In this document: piece after piece, positions 28,346 through 37,668 of the stretch
Numbering within the stretch: position 1 is the first letter of the stretch
How the letters are laid out: each line of letters opens with the position of its first letter
IMG/VR virus record: IMGVR_UViG_2795385816_000003
Span: 7,520 to 71,519 of that record
Origin: a virus
Taxonomy: Duplodnaviria; Heunggongvirae; Uroviricota; Caudoviricetes
Length of the DNA stretch: 64,000 bases
Direction: 5' to 3' (one strand)
Notes under the pieces: generated by a model
Told to the model about the DNA's origin: nothing
The model's database searches: none
Seen by the model: only the letters and a program-made list of their open reading frames with translations
Program-made: the position numbers and the translations under genes

Positions 28346-28593
28346 CGCTCCAATTCCTCTGTGGGGTAGGACTTCTCAGCGGTCTCGCACGGCCACATGA
28401 TGTTGAGGTCGGCGCGCTTTGAGCACCCACGGCAGTACTTCCTGCCGCCTTTGACGACCTCGAAGGGTGTGTGCAGCTCGCGTATCGGCTTTAAAGCCTC
28501 ACGGGCAGAGGTGATTCCGACTTTCCATGCGATTTTGGAACCCCGCCTGTCTCCCCACGCCCGTTGTGCGGCTTCGATTGCGGGATCGCTCAT
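28342..28593 (-). CDS. hypothetical protein
   Basis: 83-aa ORF. Confidence 0.25.
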   Translation of the reverse strand: MSDPAIEAAQRAWGDRRGSKIAWKVGITSAREALKPIRELHTPFEVVKGGRKYCRGCSKRADLNIMWPCETAEKSYPTEELER

Positions 28594-28868
28594 GCTCGCC
28601 GCCCTCTCGGTGCGCCGACGATGCGCAGGTCATCGACCAGGAACACCGCCGGAACCGTGAGCACAACCGGATAGCCGTGGCCATTGACCTCAACAGTGGG
28701 GCCGTCTTCGTGAAGCATGAACGGGAAGCGTCGGCCATCGACCATGACAATGCCTGTGCGGTAGTCAAATACGGCGCGCTTAACCTCAACGGTGACAGCG
28801 TTGAGAGATGGCACAAGCCCGCAGTCGAGCACCCCGCCGCAGTCGCCGAACGCCAGCGGGCCGGTCAT
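28590..28868 (-). CDS. hypothetical protein
   Basis: 92-aa ORF. Confidence 0.25.
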   Translation of the reverse strand: MTGPLAFGDCGGVLDCGLVPSLNAVTVEVKRAVFDYRTGIVMVDGRRFPFMLHEDGPTVEVNGHGYPVVLTVPAVFLVDDLRIVGAPRGRRA

Positions 28869-29380
28869 GACGCCTTCCTGTCAGTGTTATTGCGGGCTTT
28901 ACGCCGGTAGTAGCCTGCTAGCGACTGCGCGCGCTCACAGGAACGGCAGACCCGATAGCCCGCCTTGGCAATTCGGACATTTTCGCCTGCGTATGCATGT
29001 CCGCTCGGGCGGTGAGTCTTCAAGGGCGGTCGCGACGAACGGAATTCGCCGCGTTCGATGTTCACCTCATTGGTGACTAGGTCCATGTGCCATGGGTTGA
29101 CGCATCGCCGATTTCGGCACAGGTGATCAATAACTAGGCCGGTAGGTATTTCGCCGCGCAGTAGCTCCCATGCAACCCTGTGCGCGCGAATCGGTCGCCT
29201 GACTTCATGCACGTAGATCTGACCGTATCCGCCGTCATTGAGTGAGGCACCCCACTGCCAGCATTCAAGCGCGCCAGCGGGTCTCACCTTCTCCCAGAAT
29301 CGCTCGTCAAGGGTTCTCATGCTGCGCTCTCCTCGGCAGTGTTGTGCGAGTTGATGACTGGTGACGGCGGCATGAGCCAT
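28865..29380 (-). CDS. HNH endonuclease (HNH_3/AP2-type)
   Basis: IDHLCRNRRCVNPWHMDLVTNEVN, paralogous motif to plus-strand HNH at 1230-1682. Confidence 0.5.
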   Translation of the reverse strand: MAHAAVTSHQLAQHCRGERSMRTLDERFWEKVRPAGALECWQWGASLNDGGYGQIYVHEVRRPIRAHRVAWELLRGEIPTGLVIDHLCRNRRCVNPWHMDLVTNEVNIERGEFRSSRPPLKTHRPSGHAYAGENVRIAKAGYRVCRSCERAQSLAGYYRRKARNNTDRKAS

Positions 29381-30078
29381 TGCCAGGTCTGGTGGTCGCC
29401 GCGTGTTGATTGGGGAGCGACTACGTAGCCCGACATTCCCCGGTAATCGATGCCGGGCAGGAAGCCAGCTCGGTTGCCGCGTCCGGTGGCCTTGACGTAG
29501 AGGTGAATGCCAGCTGGTCGGCCCTCGGCGCGGTTACCTGCGGTCACCACATAGCCGTGAACATCGGGCAGGCTGCCCGCCTGCTCCAGCCGTGCCAGCG
29601 ACTCGCGGCCACCCGGACCGGGGTCGATGTCCACCACATCGAAGGCGTGGCCGGTAGCAAGCCCAATGTTGTAGCTGGGGTTGCCGTTCCACCAGGTTTC
29701 GATGCGGCGCCGGTTCGTGGTGGCATCCTTGAATCCCTTGAGCGTGGCCGGTTCCTTGCTCCCGGCCTTGAGCGGGAACACCGGCCAGCCGAGGGCCTGG
29801 CTGTAGTACAGGGCTGAGCCGCGCAGGGTTGGCCGTTCGGCGGCGTCGATGGTCGCGGCCAGCTCGTCGGCGCGAGCGTCGTCACCGGCCTGCACAGCGG
29901 CCAGGAACTCGGCGCACTGAATGTCGACGGCGGTCGGCTTCGGCTCGCACGTCGGGTGCACCGTGTCGTCAATGCTGGTGACCAACATGGCCTCACCGCA
30001 GTCGCGGCATGTGCTGAAGAGCCTCATGCGATGGCCTCGACGCGAAACTGGCCGTCGATGTTGTAGCCGATACGCCAC
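29317..30078 (-). CDS. bifunctional primase-polymerase (PrimPol) N-terminal domain protein
   Basis: ALGWPVFPLKAGSKEPATLKGFKDATTNRRRIETWWNGNPSYNIGLATGH fits the PrimPol signature. Confidence 0.5.
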   Translation of the reverse strand: MAYRLQHRRPVSRRGHRMRLFSTCRDCGEAMLVTSIDDTVHPTCEPKPTAVDIQCAEFLAAVQAGDDARADELAATIDAAERPTLRGSALYYSQALGWPVFPLKAGSKEPATLKGFKDATTNRRRIETWWNGNPSYNIGLATGHAFDVVDIDPGPGGRESLARLEQAGSLPDVHGYVVTAGNRAEGRPAGIHLYVKATGRGNRAGFLPGIDYRGMSGYVVAPQSTRGDHQTWQWLMPPSPVINSHNTAEESAA

Positions 30079-30302
30079 GCGCGGCCCAGCGGCGTGACGC
30101 GCACCACGGGGCGGTCGACGGTGGCCACGCGGTCGTTGCGATGGGACACAGGCGACCGCACGACACCCAACGCGCCCTCGGGGAGGATCACGTCACCGCC
30201 GGGTGAGCCGTTCCACGACACCCGGTAGAAGGCGCCATCTATCTTGCGGGCGACGCACCGATTCTCGGACGGGTCGCGCATCTCGTGCTGTGCCATGGTC
30301 AC
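30024..30302 (-). CDS. hypothetical protein
   Basis: 92-aa ORF. Confidence 0.25.
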   Translation of the reverse strand: MTMAQHEMRDPSENRCVARKIDGAFYRVSWNGSPGGDVILPEGALGVVRSPVSHRNDRVATVDRPVVRVTPLGRAWRIGYNIDGQFRVEAIA

Positions 30303-31549
30303 TGTCCCTTCACGTTCATGACCTGGCGCAGCTCGGCAATCACGTCGACCAGCTCGGCGGCGTCGTCCATCACAACGTCAATGTCCTTGTATGCCTGCGG
30401 AATCTCGTCCACCCACGCCTCGCCGTGGCGGTACTCGATACCGACCATGGCCTTGGCAAGGTCGTCGGCGGTGAACAGTTCGCGGGCCTTGGTGCGCGAG
30501 AACCGGCGTCCGGCGCCGTGCGGTGCTGAATACAGGCCTGCCGGGTTGCCCTTGCCGCGCACCACATACGAGCGGGTGCCCATCGAGCCGGGGATGACGC
30601 CCATAACACCCTCATTGGCGTCGATAGCGCCCTTGCGGGTCAGCCACACATCGACGTTCCCAATCCTCTGCCGGGCGGTGTAGTTGTGATGGCAGTTGAT
30701 GCGCTCGACCTCGATACTGGCCACCTCGTCGGCATTGGTCGGGTCTGCGCCCATCCAGTGCGCGAACGCCCGCAGAAAGCGATCCATCATTTCGGCGCGG
30801 TTGTACAGGGCGAACCGCTGCGCCCAAATCAATTCCTTGATGTACGACTTGAATTCGTCGGTGTCCTCAGCAAGGTAGGCGAGGTCGCGGTTCGGCAGAT
30901 CGATCCAGTAGCGCTTGCACAAGTCCTGAGCCACCTTGATGTGCTTCTGGGCGATCTTGTTACCGACACCGCGCGAGCCGGAATGCAGGAATAGCCACAC
31001 CCGCTCGTAGTTGTCGACGCACAGTTCGATGAAATGGTTGCCGCCACCGAGGCTGCCCAGCTGCTCGCGCCACTTCGGCGAGTGCGACAGATCAACGTCG
31101 TACTTGGCCATGCGCTCAAGATCGGCGATCTTCTCGGCAGTGAAGTCGAACCGGTCCAGGCTCCGGTTGTAGTTGCCTGGGGAGAGCGGGATGGCCGACT
31201 CCACCGAGGCGCGCAGCTTCGACAAGTCTCGGCCGTCGATATGGGCACCGACGTAGGCGGTGCGCACCGCGATCATGCCGCACCCGATGTCTACACCGAC
31301 CGCCGCCGGGATGACAGCGCCGACTGTGGGGATGACGGTGCCGACCGCCGAGCCCTTGCCGCTGTGCGCGTCCGGCATGAGTGCAACGTGCGGGTGGATG
31401 AACGGCATAGAGGCCGTTTCCTTGGCCTGCTCGATGGTGTTGGCGTCGATCTGGCTGGCGAAGTTCAACAGGTTGTGGCCGGGGATGCGATTCACTGCGG
31501 TTGCCTCTCTGGTGGTTTCTGGACGGCTGACGGCGGGGCAGGGGGACAC
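30299..31549 (-). CDS. rtcB: RtcB-family RNA ligase
   Basis: 416 aa; MPDAHSGKGSAVGTVIP metal-binding motif and conserved His/Cys spacing throughout. Confidence 0.7.
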   Translation of the reverse strand: MSPCPAVSRPETTREATAVNRIPGHNLLNFASQIDANTIEQAKETASMPFIHPHVALMPDAHSGKGSAVGTVIPTVGAVIPAAVGVDIGCGMIAVRTAYVGAHIDGRDLSKLRASVESAIPLSPGNYNRSLDRFDFTAEKIADLERMAKYDVDLSHSPKWREQLGSLGGGNHFIELCVDNYERVWLFLHSGSRGVGNKIAQKHIKVAQDLCKRYWIDLPNRDLAYLAEDTDEFKSYIKELIWAQRFALYNRAEMMDRFLRAFAHWMGADPTNADEVASIEVERINCHHNYTARQRIGNVDVWLTRKGAIDANEGVMGVIPGSMGTRSYVVRGKGNPAGLYSAPHGAGRRFSRTKARELFTADDLAKAMVGIEYRHGEAWVDEIPQAYKDIDVVMDDAAELVDVIAELRQVMNVKGQ

Positions 31550-31567
31550 CCGCCGCCAGCCGCCGCC

Positions 31568-32428
31568 TTACTTGACGGGGATGGTGGGGACAGGGGTTGT
31601 GGGCCAGCACAGAAGCGCCAAGCCCTTCTCGCGGGCGATGTCCAAGCACTTCGACACCAAGACGTTGGGGTCGCGCGAGACCGAAGCAGCCAGGTTGGCG
31701 TTGGCTGCCGCCTGCGCCAGGGCCGTCATCTTGGCCTGCTCGGCGACAGCGGTCGCCGCGCGCTCTTGGTTCAGCTGGTTGATCTTCTGCTCAGTGCCGT
31801 CGTCGTAGTCGATGGTGGGCACCGCGACATCCAGAATCTCGACCTGACTGCCGACCTTCGCGGCCAGAATGTTCTTCGCCTGCGTCGACAGCTCGGGCAG
31901 CGGTGAACGGTCAAGGTTCTTCGGCGCCAGAGGATCGAACGTTGCGAACACCTCGTTGAGGGCAACCTGTAGGTTGCGGGTCACCAGGTTGATGCGCACG
32001 TTGTCGAATGTCTTGTATTGCAAGAACAATTCGGGCGCCGCGTCCGGCTTGATCTGCCAGCGCACCGACACGTCAGCGTCCGCCGTTGAGCTGTTGCCCA
32101 GCCGGACCTTGATGCGTCCACCGTCCTTGTGCTGGTCGATCTGCACGGCACCGTCCATTTCCGTCACCGAGGTGACCGGCGACTTGAGGTGCAGGCCGTT
32201 GGTGAGCGTGGTGCCAGTGGGTCGGCCGAACTTCGTCTCGATGCCGATCTGGCGTGTGCCAACGACGGTCGTCGCGGCGAACGCGAAGAACACCAGACCG
32301 ACGATTCCGGCGACAATCGCGCCTGCAAAGCTCACCGCGCGCTCTTCGCCCCGGGCGAAGATGCCGATGATCACGCCAATGACGGCGAGCACCGCCAGGA
32401 CGATGAAAATCCACATGGATACGGGCAT
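31568..32428 (-). CDS. SPFH/band-7 (prohibitin/HflKC-like) membrane protein
   Basis: N-terminal TM helix (IFIVLAVLAVIGVIIGIF) followed by band-7-like core and Ala/Gln-rich coiled-coil tail. Confidence 0.5.
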   Translation of the reverse strand: MPVSMWIFIVLAVLAVIGVIIGIFARGEERAVSFAGAIVAGIVGLVFFAFAATTVVGTRQIGIETKFGRPTGTTLTNGLHLKSPVTSVTEMDGAVQIDQHKDGGRIKVRLGNSSTADADVSVRWQIKPDAAPELFLQYKTFDNVRINLVTRNLQVALNEVFATFDPLAPKNLDRSPLPELSTQAKNILAAKVGSQVEILDVAVPTIDYDDGTEQKINQLNQERAATAVAEQAKMTALAQAAANANLAASVSRDPNVLVSKCLDIAREKGLALLCWPTTPVPTIPVK

Positions 32429-32556
32429 TGCTTAAATCCTTTCTATACCTTGGAATTTGGGGGTGCTGGTGACACGGGCCAGGCTGCCACTGCGCGCCCA
32501 ATGCCTGCATTAGCGCGCTGGCCCATGTCCTCACCGCAGGCGCGACCAGCCGTCGA

Positions 32557-33024
32557 TCAGAACGGCGGAGTGGAATCGTCGGCGGTACCACCGAATCCAG
32601 CGCTGGCGGTCGCAGGCGCCGCCACGGGCCCACCGGCACCGCGCTTGATCTTGATGCCGTATTCCTTGAGGGTGTTGCCGTTGTTGGGCAGCACCCGAAC
32701 GTCCACCAGCACAATGCGGATCAGGTCGCCCGGCGCCGGATCGGTGGCCTTGATGCCGCGCTTCAACTGCACCTGACTGCACGTCAGCGATACCAGCTCG
32801 CCAGCCGGGTAGTCGGTGCGCTTGCCCAGCTTGTCAAATGATGCTGCCGGTTCGATCAGTTCGACGGTGACCTGGGGGCAGGCGTTGCCCTTGGTGTCTT
32901 CGCCTGCGGAGTCGCCGTACTCGATGACCTTGCCGGTGACGTGCTGGCCCTTTTCGTTACCCCACCCGATGAATGCGCCCTTCGGGATTTCAATCTCTTC
33001 GGCGGCGTCCCAGTTCTCGGACAT
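32557..33024 (-). CDS. hypothetical protein, possible ssDNA-binding protein
   Basis: Start MSENWDAAEEI; acidic C-terminus ...GGTADDSTPPF resembles SSB C-terminal tail; weak. Confidence 0.25.
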   Translation of the reverse strand: MSENWDAAEEIEIPKGAFIGWGNEKGQHVTGKVIEYGDSAGEDTKGNACPQVTVELIEPAASFDKLGKRTDYPAGELVSLTCSQVQLKRGIKATDPAPGDLIRIVLVDVRVLPNNGNTLKEYGIKIKRGAGGPVAAPATASAGFGGTADDSTPPF

Positions 33025-33043
33025 GTACGTGTATTCCCTTCTC

Positions 33044-34099
33044 TTACTTACTGGTTGGTGCCAACAACTGTTGGCGTTCAAGGCATGCCGCCTTGAGGTC
33101 TTCGGTTAACTCGCCGCGCTCGACGGCTTCTTTCCAGAGGTCGCGCAAGGCATCGACGTTGGCGCACAGGCCAACCCGCTCCATGAGCGGCACATCGGGG
33201 CCAAGCTCGATGAGTCGCCCCAGGGTCTCCAGCTTGCGGCGCAAGCCCTTCTGATGCTTGTCGCGGGCCACCTTGCAGTCGGCCCATCCCTTCGTCAGGT
33301 CAGCCCAAAACAGTTCGCACCTGGCTTGTTTCATCGGCAGGTGGATGACGATGCCGCGCTTCTGGTCGACCGGTTCGGCGTCCAACCTCACCTCGGCCTG
33401 CGGGTCGTAGGGGCGGCTGCGCGAGTACATCGCTAGCTGTGCCTCCACCATCCGGGGATGCAGGGTGCCCGTCTTGAGGTCGACAATCTTCGGTCGGCCC
33501 TGACGCTTGCCGTTGGCGCTGTAGCTCGACACCCGGTCAGGCGTGCCCGCGACCCGGTAGGGGTCGAAGACGTGCATCTGCTCGGCTGCGTGATGAGTGA
33601 GGCAGCGCGTGGCCATCCGGTAGGCCTCCACGTCGCGGTTCACCTCGGCGACCGGAACCGGTTCCATCTGCTTGGTGTTTTCGTTCCACCACTGGCGGGG
33701 CATCATGTCGCCCTTGTCGATGGCGTCGGTGATCTGGTGGAGCATCGAGCCCCATTCCTGCTTTTCATCGCGGCCCGCCAGCCGTGCTGCGCGCCGGGCG
33801 ATGTCGGACAGCTCGCGCGGTTCACCTATCCACGCCATCAGCTCTTTACGCAGCTCCGGTGACATCACCAGACCGGCCAAGGTGAGGCGTTCGGTCCAGA
33901 TGCGCAGGCCTTCGCCGCCGTCCTCCAGCTGGTCAATGAAGTTGGTGGTGCGCTGGTAGGGGTAGCGCTTGCCGCCGTCCTCGGCCATGATCAACGGCTG
34001 GTTGTTGCCGTTGCGGTACACGCCGAAGTGGTCGCGCTCCGGGACGGGCTCAATGTCCGGCACCGAGTCCCAATCGATTGCGGCGCTCATCAGAAGCAC
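33044..34099 (-). CDS. PD-(D/E)XK exonuclease, Cas4-like
   Basis: GTPDRV...KIVDLKTG nuclease motif and C-terminal Cys cluster (CELF...C...C). Confidence 0.4.
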   Translation of the reverse strand: MLLMSAAIDWDSVPDIEPVPERDHFGVYRNGNNQPLIMAEDGGKRYPYQRTTNFIDQLEDGGEGLRIWTERLTLAGLVMSPELRKELMAWIGEPRELSDIARRAARLAGRDEKQEWGSMLHQITDAIDKGDMMPRQWWNENTKQMEPVPVAEVNRDVEAYRMATRCLTHHAAEQMHVFDPYRVAGTPDRVSSYSANGKRQGRPKIVDLKTGTLHPRMVEAQLAMYSRSRPYDPQAEVRLDAEPVDQKRGIVIHLPMKQARCELFWADLTKGWADCKVARDKHQKGLRRKLETLGRLIELGPDVPLMERVGLCANVDALRDLWKEAVERGELTEDLKAACLERQQLLAPTSK

Positions 34100-34338
34100 C
34101 CGCCAGCGTGTTCAAGGTTGCAGTCAGGGCACACCGACACCAGCGCCGCGTCGGCCTCGGCGTCGACATCGATATCGCACTTGACATGCTCGTAGTGACC
34201 GCCGACAGCCCGGCGGATACGCTCGCCAGGGAAGATGTCTTCGCCGCACTTGCCGCAGACGCCATGGTGTGCCGCCCTGAATCCGTCATCGACTTCGACG
34301 GTCTCCCAGTCGATATCGCTCACTTCGACCGCCTCCAA
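34090..34338 (-). CDS. zinc-ribbon protein
   Basis: CGKCGED...CPDC. Confidence 0.3.
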   Translation of the reverse strand: MEAVEVSDIDWETVEVDDGFRAAHHGVCGKCGEDIFPGERIRRAVGGHYEHVKCDIDVDAEADAALVSVCPDCNLEHAGGCF

Positions 34339-34775
34339 TCCTGGAGATAGACGCGAAAGAAGTTGGACGACTGCAACTCAAGGGCAACGCTGTTGCCGCT
34401 CTGAATCTCGATTCCCCCGTCACGGATGGCGACGCCGATCTGATCGAACGCGCTGCCACTTCCCGAGGGGGAGAAGTAGACGGTCTGGTATCCGTCCTTG
34501 TCGTCAATGTAGATCGGATTGGTGTAGTCGCCGTACCAGATTCGCGACTTGGTGATCGTGGCAAGGTGGGCGTTGAGCTTGTCTTCGGCGGCGACGCGGC
34601 CTATCCGAGCCTTCGCCAATTGCTCACGCGCCCAGGCGGGTAGCTTCGCCTCGCGAGGATCGATGTCACTCACAATCAGCTGCCTTTCTTGATGAATCGC
34701 CCATTCGGACCACGGTCGGGAGTGATGATGAAGTGGTCCCATTTCTGGAATGCGGCAATCGTTTCGCCGCCCCAT
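34320..34775 (-). CDS. hypothetical protein
   Basis: 151-aa ORF. Confidence 0.25.
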   Translation of the reverse strand: MGRRNDCRIPEMGPLHHHSRPWSEWAIHQERQLIVSDIDPREAKLPAWAREQLAKARIGRVAAEDKLNAHLATITKSRIWYGDYTNPIYIDDKDGYQTVYFSPSGSGSAFDQIGVAIRDGGIEIQSGNSVALELQSSNFFRVYLQDWRRSK

Positions 34776-34909
34776 GGCGAGGTTGTGAGAATGAGTCGAC
34801 CGTCTACGTCGATCTGATGTCCGTTGGCGCGCGGTACCTCAATGTCCTCGGTGGTCTGCGTGGGCAGGATGCCGCCGACGCTGACGATGGCCCGCACCAC
34901 GGCGCTCAT
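34676..34909 (-). CDS. hypothetical protein (overlapping, start uncertain)
   Basis: 77-aa ORF. Confidence 0.2.
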   Translation of the reverse strand: MSAVVRAIVSVGGILPTQTTEDIEVPRANGHQIDVDGRLILTTSPWGGETIAAFQKWDHFIITPDRGPNGRFIKKGS

Positions 34910-34989
34910 GCCTCGACCTCTGCGGCGCTGGCCTGCTCGACCTTGACGTAGCGGGTGCGCTCCACGAACTCAGTGACGGCTTCAACCTC

Positions 34990-35232
34990 TTAGACCGTGT
35001 AGTCGTGGAATTCCGGGCCGTATCCGTCGTCCTGGCATTCGGTCAGACCGTGTTCATTCAGGAAGGCGTATAGCCGCCCCGAGGGGGCGCGCATTACCTC
35101 TTCACTGGTGTACGACCAGCGCCGATCCGGGTGGCGAATGGAGGCGACATGCACGAAGCCGTCAATATCGCCAGGCGCGATGGTGTCGCCGCTGTCTTCG
35201 AGGATCTTTACCAGCTGCTCTAACTCAGTCAT
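34990..35232 (-). CDS. hypothetical protein
   Basis: 80-aa ORF. Confidence 0.25.
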   Translation of the reverse strand: MTELEQLVKILEDSGDTIAPGDIDGFVHVASIRHPDRRWSYTSEEVMRAPSGRLYAFLNEHGLTECQDDGYGPEFHDYTV

Positions 35233-35666
35233 TCCGGTTCCTTAATGTCGAATAGTGCTGCGCCGCCGTTGATTCGGTCGGCGTCGTGATGCTGTTTGCA
35301 GAGCTGGCACAGCATGCGGATGTTGGTTAGCGACAGATTGGTGTCGTCGCCGTCGAGCGGCACCGCGACCAGCACGACCTTGCCGATGCCGCCGCCCATG
35401 TCTTCGCCTTCGCCCCACTGGCAGGTGCGAGACGCGAAGTGCAGATGTCCGCATTCGCCCTTGCATTCGCAGTGGTTCTTCGCGCGGCGCTTCGCCTCGG
35501 CTACCGCGTCCCGGCGGGCCGCGCGCTGCTCCAGCTGCGCTGCCCGGCCCTGCGCCATCGCCTTGGTGGGGTAGGAGCCCTTCTCGGCGAAGTCCTCATT
35601 GCCGAAGCGCTTCACAACGCGGAAGCGCCCGTTGAAGACCTCGCGCACGCCGTACCGGGCGCTCAT
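35229..35666 (-). CDS. HNH endonuclease (CECxGEC family)
   Basis: CECKGECGHLHFASRTC...RMLCQLCKQHHD; paralog of 58841-59197 (CECEGECLRGTHLDRC...RAMCQGCHLHYD). Confidence 0.45.
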   Translation of the reverse strand: MSARYGVREVFNGRFRVVKRFGNEDFAEKGSYPTKAMAQGRAAQLEQRAARRDAVAEAKRRAKNHCECKGECGHLHFASRTCQWGEGEDMGGGIGKVVLVAVPLDGDDTNLSLTNIRMLCQLCKQHHDADRINGGAALFDIKEPE

Positions 35667-35908
35667 GACCCGCCGCCGCCCGCCTCGTAGACGCGGCCGA
35701 TGACCTGCAATGTGCGGTAGGCCTGCTCGAAGTCGACCACCTTGATCGGCTCCAGGTCCTCGGCGATGCCCGTCACGTCGATCACCCACTGCGGGGTCGG
35801 CTCGCCGCCGTACATCTCGGGGTACGCCGTCGCCAACGGGTCCTCCAGCCCAACGACACGTACATCGAAGGTGTCACCGTTCTGGTCAATCAGGTAGCTC
35901 ATAGCCAC
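35663..35908 (-). CDS. hypothetical protein
   Basis: 81-aa ORF. Confidence 0.25.
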   Translation of the reverse strand: MAMSYLIDQNGDTFDVRVVGLEDPLATAYPEMYGGEPTPQWVIDVTGIAEDLEPIKVVDFEQAYRTLQVIGRVYEAGGGGS

Positions 35909-36084
35909 CCCGCTTGAACCGCGACGATGCCGACGATGAACAGGGTCACGACGATCATCAGAGCGTGAGCCAAAGCGTCAGAGGGTGTCGGCATCTGCCC
36001 TTGCCGGCATTTTTGGCAGACCTCGCCGCCCATGGGGCGCACGACAGCTCGGCCGCACCCGCCGCAGACAGTGGCGGTGTTCAT
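35899..36084 (-). CDS. small zinc-ribbon membrane protein
   Basis: MNTATVCGGCGRA...CQKCRQ then hydrophobic helix LMIVVTLFIVGIVAV. Confidence 0.25.
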   Translation of the reverse strand: MNTATVCGGCGRAVVRPMGGEVCQKCRQGQMPTPSDALAHALMIVVTLFIVGIVAVQAGWL

Positions 36085-36482
36085 GACAGCGCACCTACCA
36101 TCGCGTTGGCCATCTGGACCGCTGCGGCCCACGGCTTTCCTTCGTCCTGGTACGCCTGCACCGCCCGGCACCAACCGCGCTGCTTATGGGTTGCCGTGAT
36201 GCGCAGGCGAGACATCGCCGTATCGAGGGCGGTGCCCTCGGCCTGGATTAGAATCCCCAGCGGCACTCCGAGATTGGCCAGGGCGCGCCCACCAATGCAG
36301 TGCGGGCGATCATCCTTGCCGACGTACTTACATTCGGCTGTCTGGTCGGGGAACCGCTGCGCAAGCCTGCGAATCTCGGCGACCACCTCGGCACCCGTGA
36401 ACTCAAACGTCGGAAGCTCGTCGCGCTCAACCGATTCGCGCGGCAAGACCTTGAGCGGGGAGACAGCACCGCTGTAGCTCAT
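36081..36482 (-). CDS. hypothetical protein
   Basis: 133-aa ORF. Confidence 0.3.
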   Translation of the reverse strand: MSYSGAVSPLKVLPRESVERDELPTFEFTGAEVVAEIRRLAQRFPDQTAECKYVGKDDRPHCIGGRALANLGVPLGILIQAEGTALDTAMSRLRITATHKQRGWCRAVQAYQDEGKPWAAAVQMANAMVGALS

Positions 36483-36886
36483 GACTGCACCGCCGTCCGT
36501 AGGTCGAGGTACAGCGCGCCGATTTGGTGTAGAGCGTCGGTTGCTTCGCGACGGTCGTCCAGAATGAAACGGGGCAGGTTCCGAGCTGTCGGCGTCTTGA
36601 TGTCAATCGCCCAGTCATCGCCTAGTCTGAATGCCCCGGCGATCATTTGACCAGCGGCGCGAAGCTCCAGCCGGTCAGCACCCAAGCTGACCACCTGCAC
36701 ATAGTTGACGGTGGCGGGAAGCTCGCCGACTGTGTGAATGACGTTGATACTCACTTGATTTCCCCTGTCTTGGCTGCCACGTAGATGTGCCCGAACTGCG
36801 TCAGGGCGTCGATAACTTCGGACTTGTTGATGACGAGGAAGGCCGGAAAGGTCGGGACGCCGGGAATGTTGGGGTCGACTACCCAC
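36479..36886 (-). CDS. hypothetical protein, tandem paralog A
   Basis: Shares VIxxxGEL...V(E/S)LxA..RxELRAxxQxIxxA...DxxIP...P.F..........DAL.Q.G.xY with 36751-37041. Confidence 0.3.
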   Translation of the reverse strand: MGSRPQHSRRPDLSGLPRHQQVRSYRRPDAVRAHLRGSQDRGNQVSINVIHTVGELPATVNYVQVVSLGADRLELRAAGQMIAGAFRLGDDWAIDIKTPTARNLPRFILDDRREATDALHQIGALYLDLRTAVQS

Positions 36887-37041
36887 GATGGGCCGCCCCT
36901 GAATAGGGTGGCAACACCGATGATTTGGCTCCCGGCACGCAGCTCGATCCGGCTAGCGTGCACCTCCACGATCTGCACCGCGATTGGTTCGGGTGGCGGC
37001 GGCGCGAGTTCGCCGATGGCGCGAATGACGTTGGTGCTCAT
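36751..37041 (-). CDS. hypothetical protein, tandem paralog B
   Basis: Paralog of 36479-36886. Confidence 0.3.
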   Translation of the reverse strand: MSTNVIRAIGELAPPPPEPIAVQIVEVHASRIELRAGSQIIGVATLFRGGPSWVVDPNIPGVPTFPAFLVINKSEVIDALTQFGHIYVAAKTGEIK

Positions 37042-37337
37042 CGCTTCACCTCCACGGTGAGGGTTTCCAGCGCCTTGGCGATCTGCTCGTCGGCGATGGC
37101 ACGGGCCCGCTGTGCGCTGACGGGCGCGCCCTCGGCCAGGCCCGCGTCGTATCCGGCGGCGTACGCCTCTGCGACGGCTCGCGCGCCATCCAAGGCCTCG
37201 GGGCGGTCTTCCGCATCGAAGTACGGGCCGCGCGTTCTCGGTTCAACGCGTCGGCCGTCGACTATGGCGATGATCTTGTCGTTGACCTTGAAGACCTGCG
37301 CGCCGTTTTCGTGGGACTGTGTGTATTGAGTGCTCAT
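37038..37337 (-). CDS. hypothetical protein
   Basis: Start MSTQYTQSHENG. Confidence 0.25.
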   Translation of the reverse strand: MSTQYTQSHENGAQVFKVNDKIIAIVDGRRVEPRTRGPYFDAEDRPEALDGARAVAEAYAAGYDAGLAEGAPVSAQRARAIADEQIAKALETLTVEVKR

Positions 37338-37470
37338 TGGTTTTCGTGCCTTTCCTTGGTGTTGGTGATGACGACGACGGCGCCGGATTGGACTTGCTGC
37401 CAAGCCCATTGCGCCGCCGAGACTGTGTTGGCGGTGTCGATGCGTTTCCCGCCGTCCTTGCGACCGCTGA

Positions 37471-37668
37471 TCACGAGCGCGCCGCCTTCTGGTTGGCTCG
37501 TAGGTCTGCGATGGCCTGATTCAGTTCCGCCGCATGCTCTTCGGCCTCATCGATGTTCAGTCGAATGTCCAGTGAGCAGTTGTCGGCGGAAACCAGGATG
37601 TGATCGCCTTCGACCTTGGTGCTGAGTTCCACGAACGCGCTGGCGCCGTATGAGACAAGGGCGCTCAT
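37471..37668 (-). CDS. hypothetical protein
   Basis: MSALVSYG... start overlapping upstream stop. Confidence 0.2.
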   Translation of the reverse strand: MSALVSYGASAFVELSTKVEGDHILVSADNCSLDIRLNIDEAEEHAAELNQAIADLRANQKAARS

